Source: Candidatus Krumholzibacteriia bacterium
GTDB lineage: Bacteria > Krumholzibacteriota > Krumholzibacteriia > LZORAL124-64-63
NCBI GenBank assembly: GCA_035447065.1
Contig: DAOTGJ010000006.1
Coordinates: 5,668 to 69,667 of the forward strand
Direction of reading: 5' to 3'
DNA length: 64,000 bases
The stretch's first letter is position 1. Each line of letters opens with the position of its first letter. The translations under genes were made by a program, and so were the position numbers. The notes under the pieces were generated by a model. That model saw only the letters and a program-made list of their open reading frames with translations, did no database searches and was not told the origin of the DNA. Positions 11,263-21,050 of the stretch are shown piece after piece.

Positions 11263-11365
11263 GGCGACTCGCCCGATGCCCCGGAAGCCCTCTCCGGGGT
11301 CCCCTGCCCCGCGCCGCCGCCATATCCCCCCGCGGCGACGCGATCATGAACGAAAGGTCGATTCC

Positions 11366-11992
11366 ATGTACAACCACAACCCCAACGAGCGCGTCGGCAT
11401 CTTCATCGACGGCGAGAACATCCATTACAGCGCCAAGCACATGGGCGTGCGCCTGGACTACCTGAAGATGTGCAAGATGCTGGCCGACGGCCGCCGCCTG
11501 ATCCGGGCCCACTTCTACACGGCCATCTCCCACGAGTCCGCGGGCAAGATCGACTTCGTCAATTTCCTGAAGCTGAACGGCTTCACCGTGATCACGAAGG
11601 AGATCAAGATCGGCCCGGACGGGGAGATCCCCCAGCGGCTGACCAAGGGCAACCTGGACATGGAGATGGCCATCGACGTCTTCGAGATGCTCGAGGGCAT
11701 GGACACGGTCATCATCTGCACCGGCGACGGCGACTACGTGCCCCTGGTGGAGGCCGTGGCGCGCCGCGGCAAGCACGTGGAGGTCTGCGCCCTGCGCGAG
11801 ATGACCAGCACGGACCTGATCGCCGCGTCGGACGAGTACTACGATCTCTCGGAGATCAAGAACCGCATCGCCCTGGAGAACGCGCCGCCCCCGCGCCAGT
11901 ACGACCGGCCCGAGCGCGATGAGCACGCGCCGCCGCCGAACGTGCGGAACGACCGCGATCAACCCCTGGACTACAACTCCATCGAGTACTAG
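11366..11992 (+). CDS. NYN (LabA-like) domain protein, predicted RNase
   Basis: The motifs 'MYNHNPNERVGIFIDGENIHYSAK' and 'ICTGDGDYVPLVEAV' match NYN/LabA. The track ORF has a 44-codon N-terminal extension that I reject. Confidence 0.8.
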   Translation: MYNHNPNERVGIFIDGENIHYSAKHMGVRLDYLKMCKMLADGRRLIRAHFYTAISHESAGKIDFVNFLKLNGFTVITKEIKIGPDGEIPQRLTKGNLDMEMAIDVFEMLEGMDTVIICTGDGDYVPLVEAVARRGKHVEVCALREMTSTDLIAASDEYYDLSEIKNRIALENAPPPRQYDRPERDEHAPPPNVRNDRDQPLDYNSIEY

Positions 11993-12081
11993 GGGCCGGG
12001 GAACCGATACCGTAGTGTCACCCGTCTCCAGACGCGGCTGGAGGAACCGAGATCAGGGTTGCGGAACGCCGCCGGCTTCGG

Positions 12082-12999
12082 CTACGGCTCGTTACCGGGC
12101 CTCGATTCCGGTCCCTCCGGCCGCGTTTCGCGTTCCAGCCCGGCGCGCACGTGGGCCCGGTAGGCCTCCTGCACCTTGCGCGTGACCGGACCGGGGCGGC
12201 CGCCGCCGGCCGGCCGGCCGTCCACGGCCGTGACCGGGACCACCTCCTTGACCGAACCGCAGAGGAAGGCCTCGTCGGCCGCGGCCAGCTCCGCGGGGCC
12301 GAAGGCCTCCTCGCGCACCTCCAGGCCCAGGGCGGCGGCGCCGTCCAGGACCAGGGCGCGGGTGCGTCCGGCCAGCAGACCCAGCTCCAGGGGCGGGGTG
12401 ACCAGGGCCCGGCCGCGGACCAGGAAGACGTTGCTGGTGGCGGCCTCCAGCACGCGGCCCTCGGCGTCCACCAGGAGGGCCTCGTCGCAGCCGGCGGCCC
12501 GGGCGCGGCGCAGGGCGGTGACGGTGGGCAGGGAGTTCAGCGTCTTCAGGTGCGGGAAGTTGCCGCGCGCGTAGGCCGCGGGCATGGAGAGCAGGGCGAT
12601 GCCGTCGCGCTGCCAGCCGTCCTCGCGTCCGCCCAGGGCGCGGACCACCAGGGAGACCGTGGGGGAGAGGTCCGGGTGGCCGCTCAGGGGCATGGGGTCG
12701 TCGGGATCCGCCCCACGGCTGACGGTGAGGCGGGCGCGGGCGTCCGCGCGCTCCCAGCCGTTGGCCTTCAGCACCTGGGAGAGGGCGTCGTGGACGGCGC
12801 CGGCCTCGGGCCGCCAGCGGTACTCCAGGGCCTCCAGGTTGCGGGCCATGCGCGCCAGATGGCCGGCCAGGTCGAAGGGTCGGCCGCCGTAGACCCGGAA
12901 CGTCTCGTAAACGCCGTCGCCGTAGAGATAGCCGCCGTCCAGCAGGGGCACGGCGGCCTCCGCGGCGGGCAGGCAGGTTCCGTTCAGCCAGACGATCAT
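12082..12999 (-). CDS. aminotransferase class IV (branched-chain amino acid aminotransferase / aminodeoxychorismate lyase family)
   Basis: The product begins 'MIVWLNGTCLPAAEAAVPLLDGGYLYGDGVYETFRVYGG' and carries the 'TSNVFLV' motif. Confidence 0.85.
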   Translation of the reverse strand: MIVWLNGTCLPAAEAAVPLLDGGYLYGDGVYETFRVYGGRPFDLAGHLARMARNLEALEYRWRPEAGAVHDALSQVLKANGWERADARARLTVSRGADPDDPMPLSGHPDLSPTVSLVVRALGGREDGWQRDGIALLSMPAAYARGNFPHLKTLNSLPTVTALRRARAAGCDEALLVDAEGRVLEAATSNVFLVRGRALVTPPLELGLLAGRTRALVLDGAAALGLEVREEAFGPAELAAADEAFLCGSVKEVVPVTAVDGRPAGGGRPGPVTRKVQEAYRAHVRAGLERETRPEGPESRPGNEP

Positions 13000-13050
13000 C
13001 GCCCCTCCGACCTCCTCCGCGCCCCGCGCAGCCCGTTCCCAACAGCGAAG

Positions 13051-13085
13051 TTGACAGGTTTCGAATGTATGTTAGCTTTGGCCCT
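13051..13085 (+). promoter_or_regulatory. promoter candidate upstream of nuo operon (perfect -35 TTGACA, ambiguous -10 TATGTT/TAGCTT)
   Basis: This locally AT-rich island lies about 90-120 nt upstream of nuoA. Confidence 0.25.
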
Positions 13086-13172
13086 CGGGATGTGAAATCC
13101 TCAACAAGAATCGTCGCGATCTCCTGGTTTTTCAAGGGTTTTCGCGCGGAAACCGCTTCGCTGGAGCCTGCC

Positions 13173-13544
13173 ATGGCCGAACAGTCGCTCCCCCTGCTGA
13201 TCGTCGTGGGCCTGGCCGCCGTGATGGCCGGCCTCTTCCTCTACCTGAGCTACGCGCTCGGTCCCAAGAAGCCCACGGACCTCAAGGCCACGGTCTACGA
13301 GTGCGGCATCCCGGCCCGCGGCTCGGTGCAGATCCGCTTCTTCGTGCGCTTCTTCCTGGTGGCCCTGCTGTTCCTGCTGTTCGATCTGGAGGCCGTGTTC
13401 CTCTACCCCTGGGCCATCCTCTACCGGCAGTACGTGGAGAACGGGCAGGCCCTGTTCGCCCTGGGGGAGATGGGCGTGTTCCTGAGCATCCTGGTCGTCG
13501 GCTTCGTCTACGTCTGGAAGAAAGGGGGGCTGGAATGGCAGTAG
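13173..13544 (+). CDS. nuoA: NADH-quinone oxidoreductase subunit A
   Basis: The 123-aa product has 3 TM helices and the motifs 'YECGI' and 'FDLE'. A GGAG RBS precedes the start. Confidence 0.9.
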   Translation: MAEQSLPLLIVVGLAAVMAGLFLYLSYALGPKKPTDLKATVYECGIPARGSVQIRFFVRFFLVALLFLLFDLEAVFLYPWAILYRQYVENGQALFALGEMGVFLSILVVGFVYVWKKGGLEWQ

Positions 13545-14041
13545 CCCTGGACCAGCCCGGCAACGTTCTCTCCACGCGCCTGCGCCAGGCCGTGAACTGG
13601 GGGCGCAAGTACAGCCTCTGGCCGCTGCCCTTCGGCACCGCCTGCTGCGCCATCGAGTTCATGAGCACCGTGTCGTCGTACAACGACATCAGCCGCTTCG
13701 GCGCCGAGGCCGTGCGCTTCTCGCCGCGCCAGTCGGACCTGCTCATCGTGGCGGGGACCGTGAGCTACAAGCAGGTGCCCATCCTCAAGACCATCTACGC
13801 CCAGATGTGCGAGCCCAAGTGGGTCATCAGCATGGGCGTGTGCGCCTGCAGCGGGGGCTTCTACAACAACTACTCCACGCTGCAGGGCATCGACAAGGTG
13901 ATCCCCGTGGACTACTACGTGGCCGGCTGCCCGCCCACGCCCGAGAACCTGCTGCACGGACTGGTGGCGCTGCAGAAGAAGGTGGAGCAGGAGGGGCTGG
14001 TCCCCTCCGCCGAACGCCACGGCCGCAAGGCCGCCTCGTGA
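13535..14041 (+). CDS. nuoB: NADH-quinone oxidoreductase subunit B
   Basis: The motifs 'GTACCAIEFM', 'GVCACSGG' and 'VAGCPP' are the N2 cluster ligands. It overlaps the nuoA stop. Confidence 0.95.
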   Translation: MAVALDQPGNVLSTRLRQAVNWGRKYSLWPLPFGTACCAIEFMSTVSSYNDISRFGAEAVRFSPRQSDLLIVAGTVSYKQVPILKTIYAQMCEPKWVISMGVCACSGGFYNNYSTLQGIDKVIPVDYYVAGCPPTPENLLHGLVALQKKVEQEGLVPSAERHGRKAAS

Positions 14042-14054
14042 GCGGGAGGGACGC

Positions 14055-15779
14055 ATGAGCCGTAAGCTGGTCGAGAACCTCAAGGGTGCGCTGGGCGACG
14101 CCGTGCGCGGCCAGGGGCAGAACCACGGCGACGAGTGGGTGCTGGTGGACCGCGAGGACCTGCCGCGGGTGGCGCGCCACCTGCGCGACCGCGAGGGCTG
14201 CGAGCTGCTGCTGGACGTGGTGGGCGTGGACCTCAGCGAGCACCCCGACCACCGCGACGCCCCCGAGCGCTTCGAGGTCAACTACCTGTTCCGCTCCATC
14301 GCCAACAAGGGCCGCGTGAACGTGAAGGTGCGCGCGGAGGAGGGGCAGGACGTCCCCACGGTGAGCGACGTGTACAGCTCCGCCAACTGGGCCGAGCGCG
14401 AGGTGTGGGACCTCTACGGCGTGCCCTTCCGCGGGCACCCGGACCTGCGCCGCATCCTGACGCACCACGAGTTCGAGGGGCACGCCCTGCGCAAGGACTA
14501 TCCCATCGAGCGGGGGCAGTTCCTGGGCGAGCCGGAGAAGCTCATCGACGACGCCCACGTGGCCCAGGCCGTGGCCCGCGCCGACGCCGCCAGCGGCATC
14601 ACCCACCCCTCGGACCTGCTCACGGTCAACATGGGACCCAGCCATCCGGCCACCCACGGCTGCCTGCGCATCGAGCTGCTGCTGGACGGCGAGACGGTGG
14701 TGGACGCCAAGTCCGAGATCGGCTATCTGCACCGCTGCTTCGAGAAGGAGGCCGAGGACCACACCTGGTCCCAGGTCATGCCCTACACGGACCGGCTGAA
14801 CTACGTGTCCGCATCGCTGAACAACGTGATCTACAGCCAGGCCGTGGAGAAGATGCTGGGCGTGGAGGCGCCGCCCCGGGCGCGCATGGTGCGCATCATC
14901 ACCAACGAGCTGGCGCGCATCATCGACCACCTGGTCTGCGTGTGCACCAACCTCGTGGACATCGGCGCCCTGACCAACTACTGGTACTTCTACAACGTGC
15001 GCGAGGGCATCTACTACGACGTGCTGGAGCCCCTCTGCGGCTCGCGCCTCACGGTGAACTTCTCGCGCATCGGCGGCCTGGGCTACGACGTCTTCGACGG
15101 CTTCGAGGCCGCCGTGGAGACCAACCTGCTCAAGCTGGACACGGCCATCGCGGAGGTGGTGGGCCTGGTGGCCCGCAACCGCATCTTCCAGGACCGCACC
15201 CGCGGCGTGGGCGTGATGACCACGCGGCAGGCCCTGGACTGGGGCTTCACCGGTCCCTGCCTGCGCGCCACCGGCCTGGCCTACGACCTGCGCAAGCACG
15301 CGCCCATGGGCGGCTATGAGGACTTCGACTTCGACGTGCCCGTGGGGGAGAACGGCGACACCTTCGACCGCGTGATGTGCCGCATCGAGGAGATGCGCCA
15401 GAGCGCCCGCATCATCCGCCAGGCCCTGCAGCGCGGCCTGCCCGGCGGCCCCATCCTGGTGGACGACCCCGCGGTGGCCATGCCTCCCAAGGAGGAGGTG
15501 TACGGCAGCATCGAGGGCGTGATGAACCAGTTCAAGCTGATCATGGAGGGCATCAAGGTTCCCGCCGGCGAGGCCTACGGCTTCGGCGAGGGCGGCAACG
15601 GCGAGCTGGGCTTCTACTGCGTGAGCGACGGCTCGGGCCGCCCGTACCGCGTGAAGGTGCGGCCTCCCTGCTTCTCCATCTTCTCGGCCTACAGCGAGAT
15701 GATCAAGGGCCTGATGATCCCCGACGCCGTGGCGATCCTGGGCAGCATCAACATCATCGCCGGCGAACTGGACCGCTAA
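14055..15779 (+). CDS. nuoCD: NADH-quinone oxidoreductase fused subunit C/D
   Basis: A single 574-aa product has an N-terminal NuoC 30-kDa domain and a C-terminal NuoD 49-kDa domain. Confidence 0.95.
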   Translation: MSRKLVENLKGALGDAVRGQGQNHGDEWVLVDREDLPRVARHLRDREGCELLLDVVGVDLSEHPDHRDAPERFEVNYLFRSIANKGRVNVKVRAEEGQDVPTVSDVYSSANWAEREVWDLYGVPFRGHPDLRRILTHHEFEGHALRKDYPIERGQFLGEPEKLIDDAHVAQAVARADAASGITHPSDLLTVNMGPSHPATHGCLRIELLLDGETVVDAKSEIGYLHRCFEKEAEDHTWSQVMPYTDRLNYVSASLNNVIYSQAVEKMLGVEAPPRARMVRIITNELARIIDHLVCVCTNLVDIGALTNYWYFYNVREGIYYDVLEPLCGSRLTVNFSRIGGLGYDVFDGFEAAVETNLLKLDTAIAEVVGLVARNRIFQDRTRGVGVMTTRQALDWGFTGPCLRATGLAYDLRKHAPMGGYEDFDFDVPVGENGDTFDRVMCRIEEMRQSARIIRQALQRGLPGGPILVDDPAVAMPPKEEVYGSIEGVMNQFKLIMEGIKVPAGEAYGFGEGGNGELGFYCVSDGSGRPYRVKVRPPCFSIFSAYSEMIKGLMIPDAVAILGSINIIAGELDR

Positions 15780-15797
15780 GGAAAGGACCCCGCTGTC

Positions 15798-16340
15798 ATG
15801 AGCACTCCGCTGAACGACGGCAAGACATTCGCGCTGGAGGGGGAGGACCGCACGCGCTTCGACGCGCTGCTGGCCCAGTACCCCACCAAGCGCAGCGCGG
15901 TGATGCCGGCGCTTTGGATCATCCAGGACCGCCACGGCCACGTGAGCGACGCCGCGGTGACCTGGCTCGCCGGCGAGCTGGAGCTCAGCGAGGCCAAGAT
16001 CCGCGAGGTGCTGAGCTTCTACTTCATGTACCGCGAGACGCCCCAGGCCGAGCACGTGCTGCAGGTCTGCCACAACATCAGCTGCCACATCATGGGCGCG
16101 CGCACGGTGCTGACCCACCTGGAGAAGAAGCTGGGCGTGCGGCTGGGCGAGACCACCGCCGACGGCAAGTTCGCCCTGGAGGGCGTGGAGTGCCTGGGGG
16201 CCTGCGGCATGGGGCCCTGCATGCAGGTGGGCAAGCACCTGTACGAGCACCTCACCCCGGAGAAGTGCGACGCCGTCCTGGAGAGCATGCGCAAGGGCGA
16301 ACCCCTGCGCCCGGACACCGACCGGGAGCTGGAGGCCTAG
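15798..16340 (+). CDS. nuoE: NADH-quinone oxidoreductase subunit E (24 kDa, 2Fe-2S)
   Basis: It has the thioredoxin-like 2Fe-2S motifs 'CHNISCHIMG' and 'CLGACGMGP'. Confidence 0.95.
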   Translation: MSTPLNDGKTFALEGEDRTRFDALLAQYPTKRSAVMPALWIIQDRHGHVSDAAVTWLAGELELSEAKIREVLSFYFMYRETPQAEHVLQVCHNISCHIMGARTVLTHLEKKLGVRLGETTADGKFALEGVECLGACGMGPCMQVGKHLYEHLTPEKCDAVLESMRKGEPLRPDTDRELEA

Positions 16341-16341
16341 G

Positions 16342-17643
16342 ATGAGCCACGAGCAGTACAAGATCCTCTCCAAGCGCTTCGGACGCCGCGACGCCCACAA
16401 GCTGGCCGTGTACGAGGCCGAGGGCGGCTACGCGGCCCTGCGCAAGGCCCTGCAGCAGGGGCGCGAGAAGGTCATCGAGGAGGTCAAGGAGGCGGGCCTG
16501 CGCGGCCGCGGCGGCGCCGGCTTCCCCACGGGCGTGAAGTGGGGCTTCGTGCCCAAGGACGCCGAGACCGTGTACTTCATGGTCAACGCCGACGAGTCCG
16601 AGCCCGGCACCTTCAAGGACCGCTTCCTCATGGACTACGACCCGCACCTGGTGCTGGAGGGGAGCATCATCTCCAGCTACGCCGTGCGTGCGAGCCTCTG
16701 CGTGATCTACATCCGCGGCGAGTTCGGCTGGCTCATCGACCGCATGCAGGCCGCCGTGGACGAGGCCTACGCAAAGGGCTACCTGGGCAAGGACATCCTG
16801 GGCAGCGGCTACGACCTGCAGGTCATCGTGCACAAGGGAGCCGGCGCCTACATCTGCGGCGAGGAGACCGGGCTGATCAACTCGGTGACCGGCCGCAAGG
16901 GCCAGCCCAGCATCAAGCCGCCGTTTCCCGCCGTGCAGGGCTTCCTGGACAAGCCCACGGTGGTCAACAACGTGGAGTCGGTGGCGGCGGTGCCGCACAT
17001 CGTGACCAACGGCGCCGCGGAGTACCGCAAGTTCGGCACGGAGAAGTCCGCGGGCACCAAGCTGTTCAGCGTGAGCGGCCCGGTGCGCAACCCCGGCGTG
17101 CACGAGATCCCGCTGGGCCTGCCGTTCAAGGAGTTCTTCCACGACTGGCTGGGCGGCATGGCCGACGGCGAGAAGCTCAAGGCCGTGATCGTGGGCGGCA
17201 GCTCGGTGCCCGTGCTGACCGCCGACGAGGCCATGGGCATCGACCTGGACTACGAGTCCTGCGGCGCGGCCGGCACCATGCTGGGCTCCGGCGGCATGAT
17301 CATCATCCCCGAGCGCTGCGACATGGTGGAGCTGATCCAGGTGCTCATGCACTTCTACTGGGACGAGTCCTGCGGCCAGTGCACGCCCTGCCGCGAGGGC
17401 ACGGGCTGGCTGCACAAGCTGGTGCGCAAGCTGCGCCGCGGCGAGGGCACGGCCGAGGACCTGGCGCTGATCGAGAAGGTGTGCGAGGGCATGGCCGGGC
17501 TGACCATCTGCCCCCTGTCCGACGCCGCGGTGATGCCCATGCGGTCCTTCCTGCAGAAGTTCCGATCCGAGTTCGAGGCCCTGGTGGCGGGGGAGGACCA
17601 GGACGGTCCCCAGACCCGCTGGGCGCGGGAATACAGGAGCTGA
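16342..17643 (+). CDS. nuoF: NADH-quinone oxidoreductase subunit F (51 kDa, FMN/NADH/4Fe-4S)
   Basis: It has 'GRGGAGFPTG', 'GAGAYICGEETGL' and 'ESCGQCTPCREG'. Confidence 0.95.
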   Translation: MSHEQYKILSKRFGRRDAHKLAVYEAEGGYAALRKALQQGREKVIEEVKEAGLRGRGGAGFPTGVKWGFVPKDAETVYFMVNADESEPGTFKDRFLMDYDPHLVLEGSIISSYAVRASLCVIYIRGEFGWLIDRMQAAVDEAYAKGYLGKDILGSGYDLQVIVHKGAGAYICGEETGLINSVTGRKGQPSIKPPFPAVQGFLDKPTVVNNVESVAAVPHIVTNGAAEYRKFGTEKSAGTKLFSVSGPVRNPGVHEIPLGLPFKEFFHDWLGGMADGEKLKAVIVGGSSVPVLTADEAMGIDLDYESCGAAGTMLGSGGMIIIPERCDMVELIQVLMHFYWDESCGQCTPCREGTGWLHKLVRKLRRGEGTAEDLALIEKVCEGMAGLTICPLSDAAVMPMRSFLQKFRSEFEALVAGEDQDGPQTRWAREYRS

Positions 17644-17645
17644 CG

Positions 17646-19223
17646 ATGGCCCAGGAGCAGACGATGGTCACAGTCAAGATCGACGGGCAGGAGCTGCAGT
17701 TCCCCGCGGGAACGCTGCTCTTCGACGCCTGCCGCGAGGCCCGCGGCGAGGCCCTGCCGCACTTCTGCTACCACCCGGACCTGCCGGTTGCCGGCGTCTG
17801 CCGCCTCTGCCAGGTGGAGGTGGAGGGCATGCCCAAGCTCACCATCGCGTGCAACACCACGGTGCGCGACGGCATGGTGGTGCACACGCGCAGCGAGCGG
17901 GTGCGGAAGGCGTCCCAGCAGATCCTGGAGATGCACCTGATCAACCACCCGGTGGACTGCCCCATCTGCGACCAGGCCGGCGAGTGCGGCCTGCAGGACC
18001 AGTACATGAACTACGGCCTGTACGAGTCCGAGGTGGAGAAGCGGGACAAGGTGCACAAGGCCAAGGCCCAGGTCATCGGACCCCACGTGATCCTGGACAA
18101 GGAACGCTGCGTGCTCTGCAGCCGCTGCGTGCGCTTCTGCGACACGGTGACCGGCACCTCGGAGCTGGGCATCTTCCAGCGCGGCGACCGCGCGGAGATC
18201 GGCATCGCCCCGGGCAAGGAGCTGAGCAACGCCTACAGCCTCAACACGGTGGACATCTGCCCCGTGGGGGCCCTGACCAGCCGCGACTTCCGCTTCAAGA
18301 AGCGCGTGTGGCTGCTCAAGAGCACCCGCACGGTCTGCCACGGCTGCGCCACCGGCTGCAGCGTGCGCGTGGACCACGAGGGCGACCGCATCTATCGCCT
18401 GAAGCCCGAGCTGAACCGCGAGGTCAACGGGCCCTGGATGTGCGACCAGGGCCGGCTCACCTACCGCTCCGTGCACTCGGAGAAGCGCCTGGCCGCGCCC
18501 CTGCTGCGCCGCGACGGCGGTCAGGTGGAGGTTCCCTGGGCCGAGGCCCTGGCGGCGGTGAAGGAGGCCGGCGCTCCGGGCGCCTGGATCGCCTCGCCGC
18601 AGCAGACCCTGGAGGAGCTGGCGCTCTTCGCGGCCCTGGCCGGCGACGCCCCCCGCAGCGGCGGCGTGAGCACGGCGGGGCGGGGCGAGGGCGACGCCAT
18701 CCTCATCGACGCGGACAAGACCCCCAACCGCGCGGCCCTGGACTGGACCGGCCTGCCCCAGCACGACGCCGGCGCCCTGATCGGCCTGATCAAGGGGACC
18801 AAGGGCGCGGTGCTGGTCTACGGCGGCGATCCCGCCGCCGAGGCCGAGGGCTTCCTGGCCGCCGTGGGCGGCCGGCCGCTGATCTACCTGGGCACCCACC
18901 GCAACGCCACCAGCGAGGCGGCGGCCGTGGTGCTGCCCGTGAGCGCCTGGGCCGAGCGCGACGGCCTGCTGGTCAACCGCCAGGGCCGCGTGCAGGCGTC
19001 CCGCCGCGCCGTGGCCAGGCCCGAGCAGGCCCGCGAGGACTGGCGCCTGCTGGCCGACTGGCTGCGCGAGTCCGGCGCCGAGGACGCGCCCGCCGGCCTG
19101 CCGGCCCTGCGCCGCTGGGTGGCCGAACGCGTGCCCGCCGTGTCCGGACTGGACCTCAACGCCCTGCCCGCCGCGGGCGCCGTCCCCGCCGGGGCGGCCA
19201 GCGGCGCCGGAGGTGAACGATGA
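17646..19223 (+). CDS. nuoG: NADH-quinone oxidoreductase subunit G (75 kDa, short form)
   Basis: It has an N-terminal 2Fe-2S ferredoxin fold, the His-ligated cluster 'HPVDCPICDQAGECGLQ', and 'CVLCSRCVRFC'. At 525 aa it is much shorter than the E. coli NuoG. I reject the track's extended ORF starting at 16539. Confidence 0.9.
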   Translation: MAQEQTMVTVKIDGQELQFPAGTLLFDACREARGEALPHFCYHPDLPVAGVCRLCQVEVEGMPKLTIACNTTVRDGMVVHTRSERVRKASQQILEMHLINHPVDCPICDQAGECGLQDQYMNYGLYESEVEKRDKVHKAKAQVIGPHVILDKERCVLCSRCVRFCDTVTGTSELGIFQRGDRAEIGIAPGKELSNAYSLNTVDICPVGALTSRDFRFKKRVWLLKSTRTVCHGCATGCSVRVDHEGDRIYRLKPELNREVNGPWMCDQGRLTYRSVHSEKRLAAPLLRRDGGQVEVPWAEALAAVKEAGAPGAWIASPQQTLEELALFAALAGDAPRSGGVSTAGRGEGDAILIDADKTPNRAALDWTGLPQHDAGALIGLIKGTKGAVLVYGGDPAAEAEGFLAAVGGRPLIYLGTHRNATSEAAAVVLPVSAWAERDGLLVNRQGRVQASRRAVARPEQAREDWRLLADWLRESGAEDAPAGLPALRRWVAERVPAVSGLDLNALPAAGAVPAGAASGAGGER

Positions 19224-20494
19224 TCGAACTGGCGGCCGCCACCCTGGCCAAGATCGCCTTCCTGCTCGCGGTGATCCTGGGCCTGGTCCCGGTGCTGATC
19301 TGGGCGGAGCGCAAGGGCTCGGCCTTCATCCAGGACCGCACCGGCCCCAACCGCGCCAGCGTGGCGGGCATCCGCCTGGGCGGCCTGGTGCATCCCATCG
19401 CCGACGTGCTCAAGCTCCTGTTCAAGGAGGACGTGCGGCCGGCCCAGGTGCACGGCGGGCTGTACGCCCTGGCGCCGTTCCTGGTGTTCTTCGTGTCGCT
19501 GCTGACCTATGCGGTGCTGCCCTTCGGCGACTACCTGCAGGTGGGGGACCAGCGCTTCCCGCTGGTGGTGGCGGATCTGGACGTGGGCATCCTCTACATC
19601 CTGGCCATCGCCAGCCTGGGCACCTACGGCGTGGTCATGGGCGGCTGGGCTTCCAACAACAAGTACACGTTCCTGGGCGCGCTGCGCTCGTCGTCGCAGA
19701 TGATCAGCTACGAGATCAGCATGGGCCTGGCCATCATGGGCCTGATCCTGATCTCGGGCAGCCTGCGCCTGACGGAGATCGTGGCGGATCAGGGACGTCT
19801 GCTCTGGGGCTTCCTGCCCGCCTGGGGCGTGGTGGTGCAGCCGCTGGGCGCGGTGCTCTTCATCACCGCCGTCTTCGCCGAGACCAACCGCAACCCCTTC
19901 GACCTGCCCGAGGGCGAGTCGGAGCTGGTCTCGGGCTACCACCTGGAGTACAGCTCCATGAAGTTCGCCCTGTTCTTCATGGCCGAGTACACCAACATGG
20001 TCATCGCCTCGGCCATGATCACCACGCTGTTCTTCGGGGGCTGGAACATCCCCTGGCTGTCGCGCGAGGTCATCGAGGCCAACGCCGGCGTGGTGGTGCC
20101 CGCGGTGATGGTGCTCAAGATCGCGGTGCTGGGCGCGGCCTCGCTGCTGCTGCTGCGCCGCGCCGCCCGCGAGAAGGGCAAGTTCGGCGACGCCCGCGAC
20201 CGCGAGCCCGGACTGCTGGGCGTGATCTTCGGCGTGCTGGCCCTGCTGGTGGCCGCCGGCTTCGCCCTGAAGCCCTGGGCCATCGGGCCACAGGCCGCGT
20301 CGGTGGCCGCCACGCTGCTGCAGGTGGGCGCCTTCGTGGGCAAGGTGGTCTTCTTCTGCTGGTTCTTCATCTGGGTGCGCTGGACGCTGCCGCGCTTCCG
20401 CTACGACCAGCTGATGGGCCTGGGCTGGAAGGTCATGCTGCCGCTGGCGCTGGTGAACCTGGTGATCACGGCCGTGTGGCTGGCCGTCTTCTAG
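19220..20494 (+). CDS. nuoH: NADH-quinone oxidoreductase subunit H (extended, ~88-aa insertion with two extra TM helices)
   Basis: It has 'YHLEYSSMKFALFFMAEY' and 'PRFRYDQLM'. The 424-aa product has an insertion at residues 281-368. Confidence 0.95.
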   Translation: MIELAAATLAKIAFLLAVILGLVPVLIWAERKGSAFIQDRTGPNRASVAGIRLGGLVHPIADVLKLLFKEDVRPAQVHGGLYALAPFLVFFVSLLTYAVLPFGDYLQVGDQRFPLVVADLDVGILYILAIASLGTYGVVMGGWASNNKYTFLGALRSSSQMISYEISMGLAIMGLILISGSLRLTEIVADQGRLLWGFLPAWGVVVQPLGAVLFITAVFAETNRNPFDLPEGESELVSGYHLEYSSMKFALFFMAEYTNMVIASAMITTLFFGGWNIPWLSREVIEANAGVVVPAVMVLKIAVLGAASLLLLRRAAREKGKFGDARDREPGLLGVIFGVLALLVAAGFALKPWAIGPQAASVAATLLQVGAFVGKVVFFCWFFIWVRWTLPRFRYDQLMGLGWKVMLPLALVNLVITAVWLAVF

Positions 20495-20526
20495 ATCGGA
20501 ACGACCCCACCCGGGGGGAGAGGTCG

Positions 20527-21030
20527 ATGCAGACATACAGGAAAGTCCACTCCTACGGCGGGAAGCTGACCCTGGCCGAGCGGATGTATCTCCCCGAGAT
20601 CTTCCGCGGCCTGGGCATCACCATCCGCCACGTGGTGCGCAACCTCCTGCACATGGGCGAGATGCCCACCATGCAGTACCCGGAGGAGCACCGCGAGTAC
20701 AGCGGCCGCTTCCGCGGCCGGCACCGCCTCATGCAGCGGGACGACGGCTCGCCCCGCTGCGTGGCCTGCATGATGTGCAGCACGGCGTGTCCCGCCGACT
20801 GCATCCACATCGTGGCGGGGGAGCACCCGGATTCCAGCATCGAGAAGTTCCCGCAGAGCTTCGACATCGATCTGCTGCGCTGCGTGTACTGCGGCCTCTG
20901 CGAGGAGGCCTGCCCGTGCGACGCCATCCGCATGGACACGGGCATCTACGAGATCGGCGCCGACAACCGGGCGGCGTTCTTCGTGGACAAGGAGTTCCTG
21001 CTCAACAATACGACGGACGGCACCAAGTAG
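20527..21030 (+). CDS. nuoI: NADH-quinone oxidoreductase subunit I (2x4Fe-4S)
   Basis: It has 'CVACMMCSTACP' and 'CVYCGLCEEACP'. Confidence 0.95.
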   Translation: MQTYRKVHSYGGKLTLAERMYLPEIFRGLGITIRHVVRNLLHMGEMPTMQYPEEHREYSGRFRGRHRLMQRDDGSPRCVACMMCSTACPADCIHIVAGEHPDSSIEKFPQSFDIDLLRCVYCGLCEEACPCDAIRMDTGIYEIGADNRAAFFVDKEFLLNNTTDGTK

Positions 21031-21050
21031 CCGCGACGGGGAGGCCCAAG

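Noticed and set aside
16539-19223. 894-aa version of nuoG starting inside nuoF
   Set aside because: The N-terminal 369 codons are an out-of-frame read-through of nuoF. The genuine NuoG begins at ATG 17646 ('MAQEQTMVTVKIDGQ'), right after the nuoF stop.
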